Positions 12,423 through 25,179 of a DNA stretch of 64,000 nucleotides are shown piece by piece. Location: the NCBI GenBank assembly GCA_951406725.2, contig OX597830.1, forward strand, positions 53,692,001 through 53,756,000. Direction: 5' to 3'. The stretch is from Octopus vulgaris (taxonomy: Eukaryota). A program made the position numbers and the translations under genes. Position 1 is the first letter of the stretch. Every line of letters starts with the position of its first letter. Under the pieces are notes generated by a model, which saw nothing but the letters and a program-made list of their open reading frames with translations, had not been told where the DNA came from and searched no databases.

Positions 12423-14291
12423 TGGAGCGCAGGAGTGGCTGTGTGGTAAGTAGCTTGTTTACCAACCACATGGTTCCGGGTTCAGTCCCACTGCGTGGCA
12501 CCTTGGGCAAGTGTCTTCTACTATAGCCTTGGGCTGACCACAGCCTTGTGAGTGGATTTGGTAGACGTAAACTGAAAGAAGCCTGTCGTATATATGTATA
12601 TATATATATGCGTTTGTGTGTTTGTGTTTGTCCCCCTAGCATTGCTTGACAACCGATGCTGGTGTGTTTATCCCTTTCGTTACTAACCCGGCCGTAGCCG
12701 GCCGAACAATTTTTTGGTTCAAAGTACCAACCCGGCCATACCCGGCCGTTAGAACCCATTGTTATTTAAATGTAAATTTGAACCCAAATCTCGTTGGTAC
12801 ATTCGTTAAAGCATGTGATTTCACATAGTAAATAGTTAAGTTATAGTATCCGACATTGCTTGAAGTGATATCTCAACTCAGTGAATTTTGGGAGATTTTT
12901 TTCCACATGTTTTACGGCATCGATTTTTCTTCAACTTTGAAAATGGATAGGAGTTTCATGTTATCAAGCATTGATTCCGAATTTAAAGCTTTGTCAACGG
13001 AAAATAGGGAGATATCGAGAAAAAGAATGAAATAGGTACTAAAGCACGTGGTGTACAAAATAATGAATATTTTTTTATCCGAAAATGAAAGCAGCGCCTT
13101 CCGAAGAAACAAAGCGGCGAAGGCGACAGCGAAGACGATTTTACATCGGAATGAAGTAAAAAAACTTTTTAAATGTTTTTATTAGCAATTTTTCTGAGGA
13201 GATAAAGTTTATCTATAGCCTTTCTTAGGAAGTGAAACCATTAGACTTTTATTTTTTTCAGTATGCTAGTTTGAAGCGATCAATGTGGAAACAAACTTAC
13301 GCAGATTGTAAACAAATCCAAAATCGGGGTTCAAAGTTTGGGAAATTTGTGAAGCAAATTACTGGGTACTGTTGTGGATTTAGTTTTTATACAGGGAAAA
13401 TAATATTAGTCAGCATGGCTTAGGGTACGATGTGGTCTGGAAGTTATTGTTTGAAGCGATCAATGTGGAAACGCACTTACGCAGATTGTAAACAAACCCA
13501 AAATCGGGGTTCAAAGTTTGGGAAATTTGTGAAGCAAATTACTGGGTACTGCGTGGATTTAGTTTTTATACAGGGAAAATAATATTAGTCAGCATGGCCT
13601 AGGGAACGATGTGGTCTGGAATTTATCACTTCCATACCATAACCAGGGCCGTATATTATTTTTTGACCGATTTCTTTAGTTCGGTCAAACTTACGGTGGA
13701 TTCCAATATTTCAGTTTATTCCACCTTTATGGTACACCTGTTGTGCATTAAATTCAACTGATGTGCACAATTCTTCTTTATCAAAATTTTGTTGCATACC
13801 CATTTGAATATTAGCTGATGATTCATTTTCTATAGTGATGTTTAAACAAAATTTTTATTTTTTACCTTTTGCTCAATTTAAAATTTTAATATTTTTACCT
13901 TTTGCTCAATTTACCTGGATTTACCTGTAATTAAAGTCACTTTGAGTCAAAAGTTATGCAATAGAATTGATTAAGAACCCTTCCTTTAATTATGTTCCAA
14001 ATATCACATTAAAATGTTGATAAGTAAAAAAGTTACAGTTATTTAATGAAACAAGCCTAAATTCATGATTATTTTAGAATTTAATTGAAACTCATGAGGG
14101 GTGTATTTTGGTCAGAAATATAGTAACGAAAGGGTTAAGTCCCCGTTACTTAGCGGTTCAGCAAAAGAGACTGATAGAATAAGTACTGGGCTTACAAAAG
14201 AATAAGTCCCGGGGTCAAGTTGCTCGATTAAAGGCGGTGGTCCAGCATGGCCACAGTCAAATGACTGAAACGAGTAAAAGAGTAAAGAGTA
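12423..14291 (+). mobile_element. CORE-type tRNA-derived SINE family B (tail B1), split by a piggyBac insertion
   Basis: TGGCTGTGTGGTAAG..GGTTCAGTCCC..CCTTGGGCAAGTG head/core. The halves 12423-12671 and 14139-14291 rejoin to match the copy at 9291-9556. Confidence 0.88.
12672..14134 (+). mobile_element. Internally deleted piggyBac transposon
   Basis: 14-bp TIR CCCTTTCGTTACTA/TAGTAACGAAAGGG; flanks TTAT and TTAA. Transposase remnants (frameshifted) KSGFKVWEICEA, TGYCCGFSFYTGK, HGLGYDVVW, PYHNQGRILFFDRF. Confidence 0.9.
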
Positions 14292-14578
14292 TATAGAAAC
14301 AAACTTCGCCATTTTTCATAAAAGGAAATACAAAATTTTGTTAAACAAAATGAAATTCTCCATTTTGTTGTTTTGCTTAAAGTAAACAAAATCACTAAAT
14401 GTGTCTTGTTGTCTTTGCTTCTGATCTATTATCTATTCAGTGTCCATATATAGGTATGTATTCTTCCCACAATGTTAGAATAATTAGTAATCTAATTAAT
14501 AGTGATGAACTACTTTCTGAATATTTCTGCTATTTATTAATTCTTTTTTTTGTTTCTCATATTCTATTTTTGTTTTAA

Positions 14579-14803
14579 CCTTTTTGTTACCATATTTCTG
14601 TTGAAATATAAATGCTTTGTTTAAATTTATTTTGAAAAGAATGAAGAGTTTAGTAAGTTACTTTGGTCATTATGAATCTAGTGTTTGGAACATAATATGA
14701 AATTAAATTTTTGTTGCAAGGTTTTAATTTAGGTCATCTCAAGACTTGAAGCCTGTATCCTAGACCCAGACGTAGTCTCAAACTGGATGTAGTGTCAAAC
14801 TGG
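14579..14803. mobile_element. piggyBac-type MITE family 1 (old copy)
   Basis: TTAA at both ends; body similar to 32674-32906 and 54100-54321. Confidence 0.7.
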
Positions 14804-14902
14804 TTAAAATGTTTTTGTTTTTAATGTCATATAGCTAATTGGTAGAGGATAGACAGATGCAAATAGATAGACGTGTATGTGTACATATCTATAGATAAAT
14901 AT

Positions 14903-15123
14903 ATTTCTTTACTACCCACAAGGGGCTAAACATAGAGGGGACAAACAAGGACAGACAAAGGGATTAAGTCGATTACATCGACCCCAGTGTGAAACTGGTA
15001 CCTTATTTATCGACCCCAAAAGGATGAAAGGCAAAGTCGACCTCGGCGGAATTTGAACTCAGAACGTAACGACAGATGAAATATCGCTAAACATTTCGCC
15101 CGGCGCGCTAACATTTCTGCCAG
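14903..15123 (-). mobile_element. SINE A (tail A1), young copy
   Basis: Near-identical to 61829-62062; CpGs retained. Confidence 0.9.
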
Positions 15124-16907
15124 AAGGATTGGCAGACGAAAAACTGTAACAGTTGGCCCTTTTGAGACACAGTATTTTGGTATGTGTAACCAAAAGGACC
15201 AAAGTTTTTCTTTTTTTTTTGAGATACTTCTACTGAAAAGTGATCTCTGATCAGCTATTACACTTCAAACCAACCATTCACAACATTCTTCCACCGGAGC
15301 CGATGGATCAGCCTCAAAGTCCTTTCAACTTGTATCACTTAGGTTGATGAATTGGTCTGGGTGTCCCAGGAGGGTTAATGGATAGTTATGTAGAGAGAGA
15401 ACAAGCATAGATAGTTAGATGGGTCGGTAGATATATATAAATACTTTTTTTTTGTGTGTTATAGTTATTTGACTATGGCTATACTGGGGCACTGCCTTGA
15501 TGGGTTTTTGTTGAACAAATCAACACCAGGACATATTTTTTAAAACCTAGTACCTATTCTATTGGTCTTTTTTTGCTGAGTTACAGAAACATTAAGTTAT
15601 GGAGACATTAACACGCCAACACCAACTGTCAAGCAGTGGTGGAAGACCCCCACCACTCAATTGTCTTCTTTCAGTTTCTCTCTACCAAATCCACTTACAA
15701 GGCTTTGGTTGGCCTGATGCTATAATAGAAGACACTTGCCTATGGTGCCATGCAGTGGGACTGAACCCAGAACCATGTAGTTGGGAAGCAAGCTATTTAC
15801 CACACAGCCATACCTGAACAGGCATAGATAGACAGAGGAGTCTTTGTCACGATCATGTTTTGTTTTGTTTAGTTTTATTCAGGTATAATGTATCTAGAAC
15901 TACATTACCCAACCTATTCTGTTTTTAAACCAATAAAATGATTTGTGAGAGATTTAGCTGCTATTTGTAGCACAAGAAGCCACTATTTAGAGGCTTGTGT
16001 GCCTATGTGATGCGATGATGATGCTGTTGAATGGTGGAAGAGGGCCCCTCCTTCACCAGTCAACTGGGGCATTATCAAAGTTCAACCAATAATTGAGGAA
16101 TCGGCACACAGTCATGTCATTCTCAAAACCCCACCACCACCATTACCAGGCACATATACACCCACTCACCCCCTGCAGACTTACTTTATTCTGTATTCTA
16201 GTCACAGTTATAAAAGTCAACTGTGGAGCAGGAGTGGATGGTGGTGGTTGTGGTGATGGTTGTGGCAGTGGTTGTGATGGTGGTGGTTGTTGTTTAGCCC
16301 TTGCTCAGTTCTGATCTAACAGACCTATGATCAAAACCATTTCAGCCCCTGACTACCACTGATGCCGAGTGGAGAGGACCCACAAATACCTTATTCAAAG
16401 TGTTTCTTTTTGAAAATGGTAGTGGGCAGGAGAAGTGGGGTGATTTGACTGCTATTTCTAACAGGTCAACTAATCATAGAAGCCACCTCCCCTACTTCAT
16501 AGTGACATGGTGGTGTTGGTGGTGGTGAGAGCCAGTTGTTACAGTTCTGGTGCAAAGAAAGATATAGTGGTGGCAGTGGAGTGGTGGGGGTGAATGTCTG
16601 TTTTCTATTTTTACAAGGTGACATTAAATATACGTCAAAGATAAATGTTAGGTTCAGCCTATTGACACCTCTCACTTTTGGGTTGTCTCTTTCCATCATA
16701 TTTTACCAATAAAGAAAAAAAATAAATAAAAGAAAGAAAAAAAGGAAGTGCTTTAAACTTCTTGCAAGACCTCCACTTCTAGAAAGGTGGTGATGGTGAA
16801 TGTAGAAGAGAATTTAAAAGCTGTTTATTTACCGAGAATGCAAGAACATAACAACACCCTGGAGTATCCAAAGAATCCGTCTTTACTGACATAACAGAGC
16901 TCAGTAA

Positions 16908-17299
16908 TCTCTCTCTATATAAAGCTGAAGTTGTCTGTGTATGGCAGGTTTGGTAGCCTTCAACTAACACTATCTCCTCCAAGACCCTGTGGCGCAAGTT
17001 GACCAAAATTGAGAGTATGATAGAAGAAGGCTTGCTCTTCCTTCCGTAGAAGAAAAAATTCAAATCGGACCATGGTAACACCAAAATTTATTTACATCAA
17101 AAAGGTACTTTTTTTCTATGAAAATCCCTATTTTTTACGATTTTTTTACTGCTGTGTCGTCATTTTTCGGTGTATTTCAACCAGAAAAATGTTCACTTAA
17201 AGAGAATAACAAGCTACATAATGCAAAACTTTTACTTTTCAAAAATTCCAATTCTAAAGGGTCGAAACAAACCTGAGCAACGCTGGGCGATACTGCTAG
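16908..17299 (+). mobile_element. Complete non-autonomous Helitron (392 bp)
   Basis: Starts A|TCTCTCTCTATATAAAG and ends with subterminal hairpin CCTGAGCAACGCTGGG then CTAG|T. A|T target, no TSD. Confidence 0.8.
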
Positions 17300-19880
17300 T
17301 AAAGTGAAAAGTGAAAAATATTCAAATTGAGATAGATTAAACTGGATGTACATCTGTCTGTCTGCCCTTCAGTCTGCCTGCCTGCCTGCATGCCTGACTG
17401 TCTGCACATTTGTTTTTTAAAGTTACATGGCAACCTCATTAGTGCATGTCAAAGCAAGCACTGGAGCGTGACACAGTACTGTGACTGAAGTGTTTCTAAA
17501 GCTGACCATCTTGTTCTTTTGTTTTACTTTCTGAAATAGTTTATCTAGGATTGATTGCAATATTCAATGTAGCCTTCCTTTCTTTATAAGACAGTAGATA
17601 AGCATGTGATTTGTCTTCTTGTCTTGAGACAGCATTCACCCGGGGTCTGAATATTAATGAGTTGAAGTGCACAAGTACCCCTTCCTCTACTATCATCATA
17701 CACCCAGTTTTCATTGCTGGCATGGGTTCCAAGGCAGTGTTTCACAACTAGATACCCTTGCTTTTGCCAACCTTTTTGCTTTTTACAACCAAGGACCCCC
17801 TATATAGTGTCCCAGTTCTAAGACTACCATAGGTTTTTGTATAGTATTTTTGTTTTTAATGTTGTATATGGATTTGGCAGAGCAGCACCACTGGCCCTTA
17901 TTATGGTCTGTGAGACTAGTGAGAGGAGCTGGAGCGGCTGTCTTTCGTCTAGAGGCCTGTTTTAAATGCTAACAACTGAATGGATACTCAGTACAGCATA
18001 TCTAAAATAACAAACGTATCAGCTTAAGTCCAGTTTATGTGAGAAATAAAAAGTAACAGCTCCATATTTATGGATAGCTCATTATTTATGTGAGCTCTGA
18101 TGGAAAATAACACACACATACACATATATATTTGTGTTTGAATGTTGGTGTTGGAAGCAACACATACACACACACAGTGCTAATGGATAGGTTTCTATGG
18201 AGATAATGGACAAACCATGTACAGTTACAGACATGAAAATCATCGTTGCTGTTAAAATGGTGGAACCATATTAATTGCTGTGCCATTCTCTATTGCAATG
18301 GTAATTGTGGTAAAATATCAGGAGGAAGATGGTGGTGGTGGTAGTGATGATTAGTTCCAGGTCAGTTCAAATCCGGTAGACCTGTGATTAAAGATATTCC
18401 AACTGTGACCATCTAGTATCGTTTTCCCCGGATGTTACATAAGATCTTATTATTTTCTCTTGTTGGATAGCCTTATGCCAGCCTTGGTCAAGATGACCTT
18501 TGGTAATCCAGTTGTGACCATCTCATCTTTTATTCAGATATAACTCTGACTGCATTATACAGTGTTTTTTTTTTTTAAAACAGCAAGCTGTGATTTGAGA
18601 GGGAGATTTGGTTGCTGTTTCTAGCTGGTTAAGTAACCAAGCAAAGGATAATTTCTTGGGGCGTATGATGAGGGTTTTACTGTTTAAGGAGTGGAGAATC
18701 TAGGTCTGGGGGATTTGCTGTATGCAGCAGATGTATGTGTACTAGATATATTCATTGACATGAAGTTGTGATAGTGATAGTGTACGTGTGTGTTTATATG
18801 TATGTGAGTGTGTGTGTGTGCATGTGTGAGTAGTTTAATGCGAGGCAATAAATTGTGACAGACACAAACAAGCTTTAAAACCTCATCAATTGCAAGGAAG
18901 AGCCGCAAACTATTGAGTTATGCTAATAATCTGATTAGTGTTGGTATGAGACACCTCCAAATTCATTAATATCACATTGCCGATAAAGTTGGTCATTCTA
19001 GAATATAAGCAGTCTCCACAGGCAGAAGAACATTTCCAATAATTAACTTCCCAATACATATTAATTCAATATATAAAATGGTTGGTGCTTTGAACAATCA
19101 TTAGAAATTGATAAAAGGCTGAATCTCAATATCGAGCAGAGGTAGTAAATTGGCAGAATTTGTAGAGCATTTGATGAAATGCTGGTGGCATTTAGTTATG
19201 TCTTAGAGTGTTCCAAGTTCAAATCCTACCAAGGTCAACTTAGATTATTCTTCTAAGGAGATGGAGTTGATAAAATAAAGTACCTGTCAAGTATCAAGGT
19301 TGATTCCATTTCTATAATTAATCCTAAATACGAATGGAATTGTAACAGAAGAGTTGGAGTTAGTGCTAAGCTGCTTTGGATACCTTGTAGATTCAGTTCA
19401 GTTCCAGTTCTCTTTCTCATGCTTCTCTCATTCCTTTTACTTCTATTAGATAAAGTTTATAACCTGGAACAGATCCTTTTCTGTTCCTTTCATTGGCTTG
19501 TTTATATTTTCATTGTACACACTCTTTAACTGTTATTGTTTGGTTTCATATTTTTTCCCCCACCATTTGTTTTACTTGTCTAACTTCATAGATTTTTTGT
19601 GACTGTGTTTTTTGTGTTTGTTTCCATGGTGTCTCCACATTGACACCACCCCAGCAGTGGTGACGTGTTTGTTTCTCATTAATAAAATGTCCAACAGTAG
19701 TACAATGTATGAGGTTTGAATAAAATATCTGATTTGAAGAATGAGTAAAGTTTGTTATGAAGGAGAACATCCATTTGTAGAATATTGATTCAAGGAGCCT
19801 CATCTGATCCTTGTCTGCATGGAAATAGTAGATGTAAAAATGATGAAATGATGTATGTATGTATGTATGTATGTATGTAT

Positions 19881-21010
19881 GAAGTCAACTTTCTGGACAT
19901 AACATTGGACCTTATTACTGGATTATACTACCCATTTTGAAAACCTAATCAATCCCTACAATATATTGACATTTTCCTTGAACCATCCTAGATTAACTAT
20001 CAATAGCATCGTTACATCTATTTCCATTAGAATCTTAAATTTATCTACTAATGAGGAGATCTTTAACAAACATGCCTTGGTTTACAATAATGCCTTGAAA
20101 CTAAGTGGTTATAATGATCAAATGTCTTACATGCATCATATGAAACTTAAAAGAAAATTAGCAAATATATCTCCTAACTCTATTTCTAAAACTATTAGCG
20201 CATACCCTGTATTGATAAACATAGATATAAATAAGCTATATAGAAATAATATAATACCTAGTGGAATACAACCTAGTAATAACTATAGTAAATATAATAA
20301 GCATAAACATTGTGATTCTGAAAAGTCTAACATGACTAAACAATCCAGTTCTAGAAAAACGAAGTAATCTGGTTCCCCACTCCTTTTTCTCTTACAGTTA
20401 AGAACTTGCCTAAGTTGTTTTTCAAGATCTTGAAGGTAAAATTTCCAAAGCATAGCAAGGATTACTCAATTTGTAATAAATCTTTAATAAAATTCTCCTA
20501 CTCTGCAATGCCTAATCTAGTATCCATTATAGCTTCCATAAATATAAGTAAAATAAAATGTCAATTGAATAAGGGCTCCAACACTAATAGTGTACCTAAT
20601 GTAGGTCATGGTAATAATAACAAATCTAGAATAATAAATGTAAGTAAATCTAAAATTAATTATGTTAATTCAAGTCAACCTTTGGTAGTTACTGATCTCT
20701 ACAACCCACCTCACAAAATAAAAAAAAATTGATAAAACAAAAAGACAATAACAGGAATGATAGTAGAACAAATCTTAAAAACATATGTAGCTGTACAGTG
20801 CCTGAATCATGTCCACTTGCTGGTTCATGTCTTAGGAAAAATGTGGTGTATAAGTGTACAATAAAAGTAGATAACAAAAAAACTATGGTTTATGTAGGAA
20901 GCACTGTTGATTTTAAGAGGTTTAGAGCCCACTTAAGTATAAAAACTCCACAGCTCTCACCTCATATATACACCACGTAAGAGATAGCAACACTGATTAT
21001 TCTTTATCCT
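19881..21010 (+). mobile_element. Penelope-like retroelement remnant (RT C-terminus plus GIY-YIG endonuclease), frameshifted
   Basis: EVNFLDITLD..KPNQ..ISIRILNLSTNEEIF..YNNALKLSGY; IWFPTPFS..IKFSYSAMPNL; CSC..CPLAGSCLRKNVVYKC..VYVGST..FKR. Confidence 0.88.
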
Positions 21011-21509
21011 GGCGGATAAAGGTTGCAAAGTTCTATGGGAAAGTGAAAGATGGGGATAGGTAAGAGAGTGAATCTTCCATAAAGAAGCAAACCTTTTTTT
21101 ATTGAGTTACAAAATGATTTGATGAGTCTGTTATGGAATGCACAGAACTATCTGAAGTCAAAATTTATATTGTAATAGTTGATTGTGTTACATAAACTAC
21201 AAACAATACACCCAAATTGAGTGTACTCATTTCTCATACTTGTTAGGTTTGGAGGTCAGGGCAGAGTCTATAACTTTGACAGATCCTCGAACAAAAGTGA
21301 GACTAACGTTGTTAACGTTCCACTTAAACTGTTCCAAGTTGTAATATATATTCATAAACATGTGTGTATGTATGCATGCATGCATGTATGTATGACTATA
21401 TATGTATGTGTGTCTTTGTGTTTGTATCCCACTGCTGCTTGACAACTGGTGTGGGTTTGTTTATGTCTTCTAACTTAACAGCTTGGCTTAAAAGTCTAAT
21501 AAAAAAGTA

Positions 21510-23045
21510 CTTGGCTATCATTGCCAAGATGATTAAAATATTTGGCGGTGTAGGATACGACCTAATCATCTGCATAGTTATCAGGTTATTCAGGAAGTAT
21601 TATAGTTAGCTGCTACAAGGATAAATGCAATGCCTTAGATAAAAACAATTACAGAAGTATCAAACTGCTGGATCAGGTCATGAAAGTTACTGAGAGAGGT
21701 ATGGCTCAATTGATTAGGAATAGAATTAAACTAGATGAGATGCAGTTTTGTACCTGGAAAGAGTACCACAGATAACGTCTTCCTAGTGAGACAGCTGTGG
21801 AAAAAGTATTTGGCCAAAAGTAAGCCATTGTACTTAGCTTTTGTTAACCTGGAGAAAGCTTTTGTCAGAGTCCCTCACTTTGTTATCTCTAAGGAGTTAG
21901 GCATAGAGGAGTGGCTCGTTAGAGCTGTACAGGTGGTGCTGTCAGTAAGGTGAGAGTCAGTCATGAATACAGTGATGAATTTAGCATACAAATAGGGGTT
22001 CACCTGGGTTCAGTTCTCAGCCCACTCTTATTCATTATAGTTCTCCAGGTCATAACAGAGGAATTCAAAACTGGATGCCCTGTGGGAACTGCTTTATGCT
22101 AATGACCTTGCTCTTATTGCAGAATCTGTAGCAGAATTGGAGAAGAAATTCCAGGTATGAAAGCAAACTCTGGAATGAAAGGGCCTTAAAGTTAATCTAG
22201 CAAAGACCAAAGTTGTTGTAAGCAAGAAAGCAGATAAGACTCTCTGTTGAGTAAATAGTCATGCTCAATATGTAGGAAAAAGTTTGAAATAATTCCATTT
22301 GCTGCACCCAGTGTAAACTATGGACACATAAGAGGTGCAGTGGAATCACAGGTAGATTAACAGATAAAGTCGGCTTCATATATGGCAGATGTACAGGAAT
22401 AATAAGCACTAAGGGTACACAGGACTTAGACTCTCTCAAATACCCAGGAGGCTCTCTTGAGGTTGCAGTTTCTGTTATCTAGGTGACCAAATTAGCAATG
22501 GTGGTAGATGCTCTGAAAGTATTGTTTCTAGAATAAGAATAGGATGAAGTTCAGAGAGCTATTATCTTTGTTGACAACAAAAGGATTCTCTCTCAGAGAG
22601 AAAGGTAAGATTGTATGATGCTTGTGTACAAATGGCTATACTCAATGGTAGTGAGACATGGGCTCTGAATGCAGAAGACATGCATAGACAAGAGAGGAAT
22701 AAAAGCAGTACGCTCTGTTGGATGTGCAACATCAGTGTGTCTGTATGACAAAGTGTAAATGGGTTGAGAGAAAAGTTGGGCATACGAGGAATCGAATGCA
22801 AGAGGGAAGACTATATTAGTTTGGACATGTGATGCGTATGAATGAAGACAACTGTGTAAAGAAGTGCTGATCACTGAAAGTGGATGTTACCCATGAAAGA
22901 GGGAGACTCAGGAAGACATGGGATGAAGTGGTGAGGACCGGTCTCAGGATGTTTGGCCTTACAAAGAAAATGACAATGGACTGAAATGTCTGGTGATATT
23001 AGGTTTTTGAGAAGACCTGTCCACATCAGCGAAACTGAGTTCTAG
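21510..23045 (+). mobile_element. RTE-clade LINE reverse transcriptase pseudogene
   Basis: NYRSIKLLDQVMK..FVPGKSTTD..LAFVNLEKAF..GVHLGSVLSPLLFI..LLYANDLAL..YLGD..GSETWAL..RKTWDEVV, with multiple stops and frameshifts. Confidence 0.93.
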
Positions 23046-24212
23046 AAACAGTGTGTGTTTCACCAACACATAACAATAAAACTTTTCACACACCCTACCC
23101 CAACAAACCAAACTACATCTCTTCTCTTCATGTTTTCTCTTTCATGCACTATACTTCTCTTTCACTCCCCAATCCTGTCCTCATAGCCTTGATCACTATT
23201 ATTGCTATCTAGTAGTCCCCCACCCCCTCTATATACCCAGGTTTTCACCAGTCACTTCATTCCCCATCCCCACTCTCTACTCATTTTTTGGCAATGCCCT
23301 GCTACTTAGATTATGACCTCTGTACCTTGGATAATATTGGTGGCATGGAGAGGGGAGGCTGGTATGCATGGGTGACTGTTGGTCTTCCATAGAACAACCT
23401 TACCCAGACTTATACCTCAGAGGTGAACTTTTAACTTTTTTGGTGCAATTCCATGGTCATTCATGACCGAAGTGAGTCTTTATCCTGTTTTGGCATGGTT
23501 TCTACAGCTTGATGCCCTTCTTAACACCAACTGCTTAATTGAATGTACTAGGTGCTTTTTACATAGCACCATCACCAGTGAGGTTACCGTATATTTCTCA
23601 AACATACACACAGTCCTCCACTACCTTATTGAAACATATTGGTTTCAAATTTTGGCACAAGGCCAGCAATTTTGGGAGAGAGTAGAAGTCGATTAAATTG
23701 ACCCCAGTACTCAAGTGGTACTTATTTTATCATCCCTGAAAAAAATGAAAGGCAAAGTTGACCTTGGTGGAATTTGAACTCAGAACTCATGTAAAACTGG
23801 ATGAAATGCCACTAAGGATTTTGCCCAGCATGCTACTGATTCTGCCAGCTTGCTGCCTTACATTATTGAAACATATTGAGATGTAGTAGACTCTACAAGT
23901 CACATATAATACTATACATCAAGGTGGGGAGTAACTCCAAATAAGAAATGACTCAGGTGGGAGAAAATTTTTTAGTCCTTCACACACAGACAACTTCTTT
24001 AGTGCTGGTAACATTATAAAGTACCAGTTTTGTACTGGGGTTTATTTTCCCCCTCTCTTCCTTTCTTGTTTTCTCTCCTAGAAGAAATTGACTTTGGTCA
24101 GACCCGGAGTGGGGATGAGTCCTGCCGGGTCTGAAATTCCCAGGACCTGCTATATGTCATGATGCCTCCACCTCCTGCATCTCCATTAAGGAGTTGAGGG
24201 TCCATAGCACAC

Positions 24213-24263
<51 letters not shown>

Positions 24264-24556
24264 CATGTGCATGTATACATATGCATGCTCTGTTTCTTCC
24301 TTAAAAATCAATATTCCATCATGCAAATGACTGAGTTGTGCAATGAGGGTATTTTGTCACATACCCTTATAAGTGCTTGTTATCACTACCACTACTACTA
24401 CTGCCGTGACAGTGGTGGTGGTCAGCTGAAGGAAACATTTTCAAGGTTGCTCAATTTCCTAGAAATGACTCCAATTGTAGAATACAAATCTATGAATGCT
24501 GTTGATAATGATGATAATGATGATTATAATGGTGAACACACACACATGCACGCACG

Positions 24557-24592
<36 letters not shown>

Positions 24593-24686
24593 GTGTGCCT
24601 GTATGTATGTATAGAGTTTTTTTAACTTTTTAGCAATTTGAATATTATCTCCAATGTCACTGTGACTGCTGCTGCTTCTAGTACAC

Positions 24687-24736
<50 letters not shown>

Positions 24737-25179
24737 ACAGTGTTTGTCAATGGGGAAGTTGTTTAAACAGAATTTCTTATATTACATCAGTTTATTCTGA
24801 AATATGACACTAAGTACACTTTAGTTCTTAATATACATCATATAATACATGAATACACATGCACATACAAATATGCAAATCTATGTACACACCCATCCAC
24901 ACACATGCACATAATCTCCTTGTGCTTGATAACTTGTCTGTTAATTTCTAATTAACATTTTAAAATTATACGACTGGAGGATTGCATCAAAGGAATTACT
25001 ACTCTCTAAGAACTGGCTGCCCTTAAATGTAAGTCTTAAAGAAAGGAAAAAAAAAGCGCATGTTTTTTGTTTTTGTTGGAGTGAGGAAGGGTTGTTAGTC
25101 TTGTATTGTTTTTGTTGTTGAAGTTGTCAGATTGGTAGAAGTTTCTCTTTTCCATATATTTATTTTTTAACTGGTTTAA

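Noticed and set aside
21270-21320. Hammerhead ribozyme downstream of the Penelope ORF
   Set aside because: Position is plausible, but core (TTGACAGA/GAGAC) and stem II are too degenerate to support.
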